Assembly: GCA_902780525.1 (NCBI GenBank)
Contig: CACZFL010000006.1
Span: 96,650-160,649 of the forward strand
Reading direction: 5' to 3'
Source: an uncultured bacterium
GTDB lineage: Bacteria > Cyanobacteriota > Vampirovibrionia > Gastranaerophilales > Gastranaerophilaceae
Length of the DNA: 64,000 nucleotides
The notes below the pieces were generated by a model, which saw nothing but the letters and a program-made list of their open reading frames with translations, searched no databases and was not told where the DNA came from. Shown piece by piece: positions 18,346 through 27,182 of this stretch (positions are counted from its first letter, which is position 1; each line of letters starts with the position of its first letter). Made by a program: the position numbers and the translations under genes.

Positions 18346-20514
18346 TTACATCCCTTCAAAATTACCGCCGAGAACTCTTAATGCTTTTTGTTCGGCTCTG
18401 TCTGCTCTGCTTAGTGCTTCCTGAATTCCTGAGTTATCCCAGGTTTTTGAGATGTTTGCACCAAGTTGTGACGGAATATAAGAACGTGTATTTGGATTTG
18501 TTTCCGTATTAGTTTTTATTGTTGAGTTTTGGGAAGGAATATATCTGTAATTATCTTTTGAGCCTTTAGCGATTTCTGATTTTATAGTGTTGTTTTGCGC
18601 AGGAATATATGAATAATTATCAGTTATTGTTTCTTCAGATGTTATATTTTCGCCGTTATTCTGCGGTGCACCATGGTGAGATATTGCATTGTTTTGCTGC
18701 TGCGCAGGTGTCTTCTGTCCTTTATTTACATTATTATTTATTGCTGCTGTCGCAATTTTTTTTCTTTGAGCTTCATACAGTCTGTCAGTTAAATCGTCCT
18801 TAAGGAATTTCTTTTCTTCTTTCTTGGCGTCTTTGATTTCTTCTTCCTTCATTGAGTCGTAAGAGTCACCAAATACTAATTTTATACCCTTATTCAGGAT
18901 TGTATCAAGAACTCCCATTGTTAAGCCCAGGAATAAAATAAATCTTAATGGCACGCCGAACATATTGCGCGGTAAATTACGAAGCTGATTAAATTTAGTT
19001 GTAATAAAGTTACCGGTGTTGTATGCATCAACTTTACCCAAATCCGGAGTAATCCAGCCGGCAATATTTCTTACAGCTTTTGTGTACCATTTTTGGTTTT
19101 TAACTTTGCTGTGCTCTTTTATAAAATCATTTACCAGCTTACGTCTTTCTTTCCAAGTACTGTAATCTTTGATTTTACCTTCTTTGTTATCTTTATTTAA
19201 TTCATTTACTTTATCTCTGATTTTTTGAATTGTATGTTCGTCCATTCCTGCATATTTGGCGCCGCAGATATGGTGCATAATCTGGAGTGCAAACGGGAAT
19301 GTAAATACCCAGGAAATATGATTTACAAGGTTGCTTACTCCGGTTCCGACTTTTTGGTTCGGTTCAGCTTTATGTACATTTATAGCGGTTTCAACAAAAG
19401 CCGGTGCGATAAATAAAAGAACGCCGAGTTTCCCGCCGCCGAAGGTCAGTCCTCTGTGTACCATTTGCATAAATCGGGACATAAATCTTCCTGTTGCCGT
19501 TTTTGCTCCTTCTTTGGTTAAACTGAATAATCTGTTAAAAACATTATCGCAGCTGATTACACGTTTAGTTGGTTCTGTAAGAATACCGATATTAAGTCCG
19601 AATGGCTTAAATTCACCCATTCCGACCCGAACTTTACCGCCTGCTTTTTTGCATGCTTCCTGTACTTCATTTATAATTGTTGTATTTCCGACTGTGTCTT
19701 TGTGTACTGATTTCAGCCAGGCAACATCTTTATTTCCGAATACTTTTAAAATCTCTTTTTTTGTTCTTGCAACACCTCCGTCAGCTGAAGAAATTATTGT
19801 TTTAATCTCTTCTTCTTTTAAACCCAAACGTCTCAGCTGAATATAGCTTGATGCCTTTTCTTCAGAATTAACAACATCTGCCAGGGTTTTTAACAATTTC
19901 CGTTCTTCTTTATCAAGAGCCAGTTTGTTTAGTTTTGCAAAACCTTTTTCATCTTCCAAATGAAGTTCTTTTGTTATAAGGTTAAAATCGTGCAAAATCC
20001 TTTGTCTTTGAGGCAGCATTTCTGATTTAACAATTTCCCATTCGGGCATAGTAGGAGTTTTCCAGATTGCTCTTAAAACGGAATTTTTCTGAATAATATT
20101 TCCACCCTTTTTGCCGCCTTTTTTAAACAGTCCTAAAAGTGACTGCATTGGTTTTGACTGAATAAAAGCTGATTGTTCAATTCTGTCGCCAAAATTGGTA
20201 ACTTTTTTAAGTAAGCTTTTATTATATTCTCCTCCGCAGGAAGAAGTGTACTTATCAAGAAGAAAACCGCATCCGAACCACGTAAGTATAGAAGCAAACG
20301 GGTGTTCTATTAACGGTCCGAAAAATCCTTTTATACCCATTGAATACATTGGATTTTCTTCCAGAATTTCTTTAAATCCTTTTTTTTTATTAGGTTCATA
20401 ATAATCAGGAATACGGATAGCTTGAGGCTGCGGTCTTATCTGAGGTGCAGCCGTTCTGGGAGGCATTCCGTAACCGTTATTTCTGTTATCAAAATTTTGA
20501 ATATTCTGAGTCAC
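18346..20514 (-). CDS. large hypothetical membrane protein with C-terminal YIPxQ repeats
   Basis: 722 aa with an apparent GTG start. Pro-rich N-terminus, several hydrophobic helices, and three C-terminal repeats (NYSYIPAQNNTIKS, NYRYIPSQNSTIKT, TRSYIPSQLGANISK). Confidence 0.75.
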   Translation of the reverse strand: MTQNIQNFDNRNNGYGMPPRTAAPQIRPQPQAIRIPDYYEPNKKKGFKEILEENPMYSMGIKGFFGPLIEHPFASILTWFGCGFLLDKYTSSCGGEYNKSLLKKVTNFGDRIEQSAFIQSKPMQSLLGLFKKGGKKGGNIIQKNSVLRAIWKTPTMPEWEIVKSEMLPQRQRILHDFNLITKELHLEDEKGFAKLNKLALDKEERKLLKTLADVVNSEEKASSYIQLRRLGLKEEEIKTIISSADGGVARTKKEILKVFGNKDVAWLKSVHKDTVGNTTIINEVQEACKKAGGKVRVGMGEFKPFGLNIGILTEPTKRVISCDNVFNRLFSLTKEGAKTATGRFMSRFMQMVHRGLTFGGGKLGVLLFIAPAFVETAINVHKAEPNQKVGTGVSNLVNHISWVFTFPFALQIMHHICGAKYAGMDEHTIQKIRDKVNELNKDNKEGKIKDYSTWKERRKLVNDFIKEHSKVKNQKWYTKAVRNIAGWITPDLGKVDAYNTGNFITTKFNQLRNLPRNMFGVPLRFILFLGLTMGVLDTILNKGIKLVFGDSYDSMKEEEIKDAKKEEKKFLKDDLTDRLYEAQRKKIATAAINNNVNKGQKTPAQQQNNAISHHGAPQNNGENITSEETITDNYSYIPAQNNTIKSEIAKGSKDNYRYIPSQNSTIKTNTETNPNTRSYIPSQLGANISKTWDNSGIQEALSRADRAEQKALRVLGGNFEGM

Positions 20515-20699
20515 GATACAATAAACCTTTATAAACCTAACTAATATATTAAAGTTTTCTTCTCACTTAGAATTGCCATGAAACCATGGTTTTGGATAAA
20601 CTTTTGTAAAAAAACTTAACATAGTTTGTATTGTAAAATATGTTTATTCTGATTGCCCTAAAAACATTTTTATAATATTATGTAATTAAGAGGTGTTAT

Positions 20700-20813
20700 A
20701 TGGAATTTTTCAGAGAACATAAAAAACTTATTATCGGGATTATAACAATATCATTTATAGTATGGACGGTCGGTCTTGGCTTACTGATGTTAATGGCACC
20801 GGTTGGTAATTAA
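20700..20813 (+). CDS. small membrane peptide (37 aa), hypothetical
   Basis: Not in the track (under 60 aa). TAAGAGGTG SD 4-5 nt upstream of the ATG. MEFFREHKKLIIGIITISFIVWTVGLGLLMLMAPVGN has a basic N-terminus and one TM helix. Its stop lies 3 nt before the M23 peptidase ORF. Confidence 0.45.
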   Translation: MEFFREHKKLIIGIITISFIVWTVGLGLLMLMAPVGN

Positions 20814-20816
20814 TCT

Positions 20817-21947
20817 TTGGGGGTCATTTTGAATATAAGAACGGTATTAAATTTAATTATATGTTTATGCTTTATTCTTAATACTGCAGTACAAAATCCT
20901 GTTCAGGCTTCCGATATTGAAAAAGAAAAGAAGGATATTCAGAAAAAGATTAAGCACGTAAAGTGGCTTGAAAATGTTGAGCAGAATAAGCTTTATAAGA
21001 ATCAGCAAAAACTTGAAAATGCAAAAAATACCTTAAACGAATCAAAAACTCAGATTACTACTGCTGAAAAAGAACTTTATAGTATGCAGTATCAGCTTAA
21101 TGCAGCTACTTATGAATACAACTCGCTTAACCACGTTCTGGAGGGCAGAATAAGAAAAGTATTCAAAACTCAGCGCAAAGCTTTCTTTGAACTTTTGATA
21201 ACGGCTGAAGATATAAATATGCTTGTTGACAGAATTTATTTTCAAAAGCTGATACTCAAAGAAGACTATGACAGAATGTCTGTTGCAAGACAAAAAGCCC
21301 GTGAGATTGCTCTTATGAAGTACAACATAGAGGCAAAAAAACGTAACTACGAGCGTTCAATAGCTCTTATGAATACTCAAAAGGCATACATTCAAAGAGC
21401 AATTGCCAGAAATGAAAGCATGATAAATAAGCTTAAAACTGACAGAATAGCTTATGAACGTGCAGAAAGAGAACTCAGTAATCAGTCAAAAAGTATTCAG
21501 CATTATATAAGCAGAAATGCAAAAGACAACAATGCAAATGTTGTAGCATCAGGCTTTATGAAACCTATTCAGGGACGTATAACTTCACCTTTTGGCTGGA
21601 GAATACATCCTATATTTAACAGCAGGACTTTCCATTCAGGTGTTGATATAGGTGGTCCGAATTACGGTGCAATAAAAGCTTCTAACTCAGGTAAAGTTAT
21701 ATATACCGGTTGGTATGGCGGTTACGGAAAGGTTGTAATCATAGAACACGGTATAGTAGGCGGAAAGCCTGTTTCAACACTGTACGCACACATGAGTAGT
21801 GTAAAAGCTGTTAACGGTCAGAACGTTAAAAAAGGTGATGTAATCGGATATGAAGGTACAACCGGATACAGCACGGGACCTCACTGTCACTTTGAAGTCC
21901 GCGAAAACGGTAAACCAAGTAACCCGAACGGTTATGTACAATTATAA
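20817..21947 (+). CDS. M23-family metallopeptidase with N-terminal coiled coil (EnvC-like)
   Basis: 376 aa. Signal/anchor sequence, long coiled coil, and a C-terminal LytM domain with HSGVDI and HCHFE motifs. The start codon is uncertain (TTG at 20817 or 20829). Confidence 0.9.
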   Translation: MGVILNIRTVLNLIICLCFILNTAVQNPVQASDIEKEKKDIQKKIKHVKWLENVEQNKLYKNQQKLENAKNTLNESKTQITTAEKELYSMQYQLNAATYEYNSLNHVLEGRIRKVFKTQRKAFFELLITAEDINMLVDRIYFQKLILKEDYDRMSVARQKAREIALMKYNIEAKKRNYERSIALMNTQKAYIQRAIARNESMINKLKTDRIAYERAERELSNQSKSIQHYISRNAKDNNANVVASGFMKPIQGRITSPFGWRIHPIFNSRTFHSGVDIGGPNYGAIKASNSGKVIYTGWYGGYGKVVIIEHGIVGGKPVSTLYAHMSSVKAVNGQNVKKGDVIGYEGTTGYSTGPHCHFEVRENGKPSNPNGYVQL

Positions 21948-21971
21948 AAAATTAATTTACAGGTAAATAAA

Positions 21972-24185
21972 TTGAAAAATAAAATTCTAACAGCATTAAC
22001 ATTAATAACATTTACGTTTAACGTAGCGTATGCAGATCCGTATTTCAATGAAAAATCATATTATACGGGAGAAACATACTTTACTTCTCCTGCGTACATA
22101 GAAAAGACAGATGTACAGAACTCAGACGAACCTTTGCATTATGAAGATGGTTCGAGAAACAACGAAGCCAAGAATGGAACTATACCTCCCGTCAGAAGGA
22201 TTCGTGAGGCAATACAGAAAAAGAGTGCTGAAAATCAAGCGAAAAGAACGGAGTTGGCTCCTGTAATGCCCGATAATAGCATTTATAACTCTGATACCGA
22301 AACCTCAGATTTTGCTTCAAAAGAACAAAAAGAAGAATTTGATGAAAATATGATGCCGGACGGATTTGAAGCCGATGAACAATCAGTTGAAGATAACAAA
22401 AAAGCAAAACATTTTTTCAAAAACAAAGCAGATAAAAACAAAGCAAAAGCATCTGAAGAAAATACAGAAAATATTATTTTAGATTGTGACAATATGGACT
22501 ATGATACAGAAAATTATTGTCTGTATGCAACAGGTAATGTAAATGTTAAGTTTGTAAAACAGGAAACAACGGTTAAAGCCGATAAAATTACTTATGACAG
22601 AATGAACAATACTATCAAGGCTGAGGGTAATGTTGTTATAATTAAAAACGGACAAAATATATACGGTGATTACATATTTGTAGATATGAATGAAGAAAAT
22701 GCTTTGATTGAAAATCCTATTACGAGTGATGCAGTAATAGAAATCAAAGCAAAAAAAGGTTATGTATATGGTGATAAAATTGTTCAGGAAGAAGGAAGCA
22801 TTGATGTAGAACACTCTTTCCCAATAAAATTCCGTCCGTCAGGCGGCGGGCCTCAAATTTTATCCAAGATGATTGTTCCAAAGGAACAGACTCTTGCAAA
22901 TGATATGGAACAAGGGTTAATTAAAGTTAAGGCAAAAGAGCTGACAATTAAACAAAAAGGCGATCTCGAAGTTATTGCCATAAAGCACGCTGATGTAAAA
23001 AAAGGAAAATATACGCTTCTTAAGATCCCCGCAATCAAAATATATACAAACAAGAACCATGATTATGCGGAAACAAACTTTTGGGAATTAGGTTCTTACA
23101 GAGATTTGGGTACATACATAGGTCCGGGTTTTGTGTTTGAATTACCAAAAGGCAGTGTATTAAAAGCAATACCAATACTGAACTATGACCACAGAATCGG
23201 TGTTGGTGCTATAGGTCGTTTTAGCAGCGGTACAAACCAAACACAAGCTGCTTATGGTACTGCAGACAGCAGGATTCTTGTCAGAGGTATTCAAAAACTG
23301 GATGACCATCTGTTCTTGGAATATGCAATGAACGATTATATGGATGACTGGTTTCTCGGCAGACGCAGACCCAAATACGGTGTAACACTAAGGTATGAAA
23401 ATGATTATTCGAGCAACGGCTTTTTGTTAAAAGATCGTTTATCTATATATAAACATAAGTTAGATTTTGGTTATTACCAAGATATGGACAGAGATAAGCA
23501 TTACCGTAAGTTGCATTCATCAAATATCGGTACAACAAGATTAAGATATATGGGGCAGGCAACTCAAAATCTCTATAAATATAGAAATATAGAAAAGCAA
23601 ACAGCTTTTGACTTTAATATTGTGGGTGCTATAGCTGCATCTGTATATGGTACCGGAGATACTCAGGTAATCGGAAGAATTGGTCCAAACATTCATACAC
23701 AATACAGGAGATGGATGCAGGATATTGGATACTATCAGTCTGTATATAGTGATAATACACCGTTGCCTGTTTACGATGCATACAGATATGGTAAAGGTAA
23801 CTTCTATTTGAGAGAATACTTCAGAATAAATAAATATCTTACTTTATCTTGGTTTTCATCTATGAATTTCACAAACGATTCACCAAGTAACGATATTTTC
23901 CAAGAAAATGCGTTCTGGATATCAATAGGTCCTGATGACGTCAAATTTAATATAGGTTACGATGTTATCCGTCAAAATACATTCTTTACGGTTGAGATGA
24001 TGACAGATGCCAAGGGAACTCATATTGATTATGATAAATTAGTTATAAAACGTGATAAGAAGCCTTCTGAAGAGGCAAAAGAATCCGGCACTACAAAAAA
24101 ATCTAATTTCAAAAATTCAGAGAAAGCACCGGTTCTTCAACATGCTGTCGTCGAAGAAATCAAAGTGGAGGAAGATGTTCTCTAG
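21972..24185 (+). CDS. OstA/LptD-like outer-membrane protein
   Basis: 737 aa with a TTG start. Signal peptide. OstA-like N-terminal beta-jellyroll segment (YATGNVNVKF..TVKADKITYDRMNNTIKAEGNVVIIKNGQNIYGDYIFVDM), followed by an aromatic-rich region compatible with a beta-barrel. Confidence 0.55.
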   Translation: MKNKILTALTLITFTFNVAYADPYFNEKSYYTGETYFTSPAYIEKTDVQNSDEPLHYEDGSRNNEAKNGTIPPVRRIREAIQKKSAENQAKRTELAPVMPDNSIYNSDTETSDFASKEQKEEFDENMMPDGFEADEQSVEDNKKAKHFFKNKADKNKAKASEENTENIILDCDNMDYDTENYCLYATGNVNVKFVKQETTVKADKITYDRMNNTIKAEGNVVIIKNGQNIYGDYIFVDMNEENALIENPITSDAVIEIKAKKGYVYGDKIVQEEGSIDVEHSFPIKFRPSGGGPQILSKMIVPKEQTLANDMEQGLIKVKAKELTIKQKGDLEVIAIKHADVKKGKYTLLKIPAIKIYTNKNHDYAETNFWELGSYRDLGTYIGPGFVFELPKGSVLKAIPILNYDHRIGVGAIGRFSSGTNQTQAAYGTADSRILVRGIQKLDDHLFLEYAMNDYMDDWFLGRRRPKYGVTLRYENDYSSNGFLLKDRLSIYKHKLDFGYYQDMDRDKHYRKLHSSNIGTTRLRYMGQATQNLYKYRNIEKQTAFDFNIVGAIAASVYGTGDTQVIGRIGPNIHTQYRRWMQDIGYYQSVYSDNTPLPVYDAYRYGKGNFYLREYFRINKYLTLSWFSSMNFTNDSPSNDIFQENAFWISIGPDDVKFNIGYDVIRQNTFFTVEMMTDAKGTHIDYDKLVIKRDKKPSEEAKESGTTKKSNFKNSEKAPVLQHAVVEEIKVEEDVL

Positions 24186-24801
24186 AGAATTTTTAACTGA
24201 AGAAATAGTAAAGTGCGGAAAATTATGCGGAGAAAAAGATTTTACTCCGGGATATTCAGGGAATATTTCCGCTAGGTATGAAGAAGGTATGCTTATTACT
24301 GTTTCAGGTTCAGCCAATGGTTATTTGCAAAAAGAAGATGTGGTTTATACAAATTTTTACGGTGAACCTTTAGAGGAAGGCAAAAAACCTTCCAGCGAGA
24401 AGTTTTTGCACATAGAAATATACAAAAAACGCCCTGACATAAACTATATAATACATGTTCATGCTCCGTTTTTGAGCAGTTTTGCATCGGCAGGAAAAGA
24501 TTTAATGAAACCTATTATGGCAGAAAATGTTTTCTATTTTGGCGGCATTCCGCTTGCAAAGTATGCGCTTCCTTCAAGTATGGAACTTGTAAAAAACACA
24601 GTTAAATACTTTAATAAATACGATGCAGTTCTAATGGCAAACCACGGTTTTGTTATCGGTTCAAAAACAATGAGAGATGCATACTTAAAACTTGAGCTGG
24701 CAGAATCATATGCTCAGGTTGTTTTAAATACAGAAATACTGGGTGGTGCAAAAAAGTTAAGCGGAAAACAGGCAAAAGAAATCCTAAAATTAAGAAATTG
24801 A
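24175..24801 (+). CDS. class II aldolase/adducin-family protein
   Basis: The track ORF starts at 24052, but GGAGGAAG plus ATG at 24175 is the plausible start and overlaps the upstream stop by 11 nt. PGYSGNISAR, HVHAP and ANHG motifs are typical of FucA/MtnB-like enzymes. Confidence 0.8.
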   Translation: MFSREFLTEEIVKCGKLCGEKDFTPGYSGNISARYEEGMLITVSGSANGYLQKEDVVYTNFYGEPLEEGKKPSSEKFLHIEIYKKRPDINYIIHVHAPFLSSFASAGKDLMKPIMAENVFYFGGIPLAKYALPSSMELVKNTVKYFNKYDAVLMANHGFVIGSKTMRDAYLKLELAESYAQVVLNTEILGGAKKLSGKQAKEILKLRN

Positions 24802-24810
24802 TAAAATTTA

Positions 24811-24839
24811 TTGTGTATTCATGCCTGTTTTGGTATAAT
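24811..24839 (+). promoter_or_regulatory. sigma-70-type promoter candidate (extended -10)
   Basis: TTGTGT-N17-TATAAT preceded by TGG (TGnTATAAT), 20 nt upstream of the ATG at 24860. Confidence 0.45.
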
Positions 24840-24859
24840 ATTTCAGTATTGGTTGAGAT

Positions 24860-26269
24860 ATGAGAGAAAGATTACTTTTATTTTTTATATTATTTGGTTT
24901 GGGAGTATTTTTGTACATATTCCAGAATCATGTTGACACAACAAAAGGGTTTGTGATTCTTTGTGCGTGTATGATAGTGTATGGGCTATACTCAATTGCT
25001 GCCACAAAATACCAAATGCGTAAGCAAAAGAAATATCCTCCGGTTATCAATGAAGATTATAAGCCTTTTGTTTCTGTAATGATACCTGCTCATAATGAAG
25101 AAGGTGTTATAGCTAATACCGTAGAAAATATTTTAAATATTGATTATCCGAACTTAGAAGTAATCGTAATAGATGACAGAAGCACTGATAACACAGCTTC
25201 AGTAATTAAAAATCTTGCAGATAAGTATGAAAAAGTTGTTGCAATGGTTCGAAACTCAGATGCATTCCCGGGAAAATCAGCCGTTTTAAACGATGCATTA
25301 AAAGTTGCTCACGGTGATGCTATTCTGGTTTTTGATGCTGATGCAACTGTTGAACCGGATTTTTTAAAAAAGCTGTTGCCGAAACTTGAACCTGCAGATG
25401 TAGGTGCCGTTCAGGCAAGGAAAATAATAAGAAATAAAGACGTAAATATTTTAACCAGATGCCAAAATAATGAATATACAATGGATACACAGCTTCAGGT
25501 CGGCAGGGATGCCGTAAAAGGAGCTGTTGAACTCAGAGGAAACGGTGAACTTATTAAAAGAGCAGCTCTTGAAGATATCGGCGGCTGGAATAATGAAACG
25601 ATTACTGACGATTTGGATATGTCTACAAGACTTCATATAAAAGGATGGGACGTTCGTTTTTGCCCTGAGGCATGTGTTTATGAAGAAGGAATAGTGTTTT
25701 TACTTCCTTTATTCAGACAACGCAGAAGATGGCTTGAAGGTACAATCAGAAGATATCTTGAATACTCCTGGCAGGCAATGTGTTCAAAGAAAATGTCCTT
25801 GCGTGCACAGTTTGACATGGCAATGTATATTACGGAATTTATAATGCCCATGTGGTTTATGATGGAGGTTACATTCAGGGTAATAAAATTGTTTACGGAC
25901 AAAATTGATCCGTTTAGTCTGCATAATACTCTTTGGTCATCTCTAATCGTTTCTGCTGTTGTAGGAGCCGGTTTTTATATGACTATCAGATACAGTCTCA
26001 GAAAATTTGATAATTTACCAAGGAAAGAAGCTTTCTTTCAGGCAATGGAAACAACAATCTATTTTCTGATAATTTGGTTTCCAATGGAAATATTTATTTG
26101 CGCAAAAATCTTATTCTGCAAAAAAGATATGAACTGGGGTAAAACAGCTCACGGTTTGGTTCTGGAAGAAAAGAAAAAGATAAAAGAAAGAATAACAAAA
26201 GAATTACAAAGCTTGCAGTCTAAAATTCAGGAAGTTCAGACAAAATTGCAAGATGTATTAAAGATTTAA
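24860..26269 (+). CDS. processive family-2 glycosyltransferase (membrane-embedded)
   Basis: 469 aa. VMIPAHNEE, DDRSTDNT, FDADA, TDDLD and QRRRW motifs, flanked by TM helices. Confidence 0.85.
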   Translation: MRERLLLFFILFGLGVFLYIFQNHVDTTKGFVILCACMIVYGLYSIAATKYQMRKQKKYPPVINEDYKPFVSVMIPAHNEEGVIANTVENILNIDYPNLEVIVIDDRSTDNTASVIKNLADKYEKVVAMVRNSDAFPGKSAVLNDALKVAHGDAILVFDADATVEPDFLKKLLPKLEPADVGAVQARKIIRNKDVNILTRCQNNEYTMDTQLQVGRDAVKGAVELRGNGELIKRAALEDIGGWNNETITDDLDMSTRLHIKGWDVRFCPEACVYEEGIVFLLPLFRQRRRWLEGTIRRYLEYSWQAMCSKKMSLRAQFDMAMYITEFIMPMWFMMEVTFRVIKLFTDKIDPFSLHNTLWSSLIVSAVVGAGFYMTIRYSLRKFDNLPRKEAFFQAMETTIYFLIIWFPMEIFICAKILFCKKDMNWGKTAHGLVLEEKKKIKERITKELQSLQSKIQEVQTKLQDVLKI

Positions 26270-26298
26270 TCACATGAAAACAGAAAGGTAACGAAAAA

Positions 26299-26850
26299 AT
26301 GACAACATTGGCTGAAAATTATAACTATGTAAAAGAACACATAAGAATTGTTCCTGATTTTCCAAAGAAAGGAATAATGTTTTTAGACATAACAACTGCC
26401 TTAAAAGATGCAAAAGCGATGCAGATGATGGTTGATTTTTTATATGAAAAATTTAAGTCTGAAAACGTTGATTATGTTGCAGGTATTGAGTCAAGAGGTT
26501 TTATATTTGGTGCAGCACTCGCATATAAACTGGGGTGCGGATTTGTGACAATTAGAAAGCCTAATAAGCTACCTGCAAAAACAATAAAAGAGGATTATAC
26601 CCTTGAATACGGTACAAACACAATTGAAATACACGAAGATGCAATTAAGTCCGGTGACAGAGTTGTAGTAATAGATGATCTTCTTGCAACAGGAGGAACG
26701 GCAATTGCAGCCTGCAACCTTATTAAACGTGTTGGTGCAGAAGTTGTTTCAACAGCATTTATAATTGAACTTGACCCGTTAAAAGGCAGAGAAAAGATTG
26801 AGTCACAAGGGTATAAAGTAATATCCATGCTGAACTATGATTTAGATTAA
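26299..26850 (+). CDS. apt: adenine phosphoribosyltransferase
   Basis: 183 aa. Typical Apt length and the PRPP motif VVVIDDLLATGGT. Confidence 0.93.
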   Translation: MTTLAENYNYVKEHIRIVPDFPKKGIMFLDITTALKDAKAMQMMVDFLYEKFKSENVDYVAGIESRGFIFGAALAYKLGCGFVTIRKPNKLPAKTIKEDYTLEYGTNTIEIHEDAIKSGDRVVVIDDLLATGGTAIAACNLIKRVGAEVVSTAFIIELDPLKGREKIESQGYKVISMLNYDLD

Positions 26851-26883
26851 AATCAAAATTATTTATTTTCAAAACAACAAAAA

Positions 26884-26906
26884 AGTGTCTTATAAAGGCA
26901 CTTTTT
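26884..26906 (+). terminator. intrinsic terminator after apt
   Basis: AGTGTCT, 5-nt loop, AGGCACT (one G-U pair), followed by T5. Confidence 0.6.
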
Positions 26907-26908
26907 GT

Positions 26909-26929
26909 TTTGTAAATTTTTGTAACAAA
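26909..26929 (+). promoter_or_regulatory. HLR1-like direct-repeat box
   Basis: TTTGTAAATTTTTGTAACAAA. Reverse complement is GTTACAAA-AA-TTTACAAA. Confidence 0.55.
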
Positions 26930-26974
26930 ATTAAAGAGTTTTGAAATTTTAGAGATTAAATATACTTTATATAT

Positions 26975-27098
26975 ATGTAAGACATAAACAAAGAAACATA
27001 ACACAACCTTTCATACAACCTACACACTAACCTTCTACACATGAGGAATTATTAAAAAAAGATTCCAAAACCTAATCACAGAGATTAGGTTTTTTTTT
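26975..27098 (+). ncRNA. candidate small RNA (CA-rich, about 120 nt), no ORF
   Basis: TTGAAA (26941)-N16-TACTTT (26963) promoter module, about 90 nt of G-poor C/A-rich sequence, then a strong terminator AACCTAATC-ACAGA-GATTAGGTT plus T8 (27069-27098). The longest ORF is 4 codons. The 5' end is estimated only. Confidence 0.45.
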
Positions 27099-27182
27099 GC
27101 TCAATCTAAAGTGCTTATAAATGCTTTACTACTGGTATAATTTGTAGTAATATTAGTATAGTGGAGAAAGAGTGCGTAAATT

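Noticed and set aside
18270-18512. 80-aa plus-strand ORF starting inside the adhE terminator.
   Set aside because: It begins within the terminator hairpin and runs antisense to the 3' end of the 722-aa gene. It has no SD and a hydrophobic low-complexity product.
24052-24174. The 5' extension of the aldolase ORF, overlapping the LptD-like gene by 134 nt.
   Set aside because: The extension is basic low-complexity sequence without an SD. GGAGGAAG plus ATG at 24175 gives a normal class II aldolase N-terminus.
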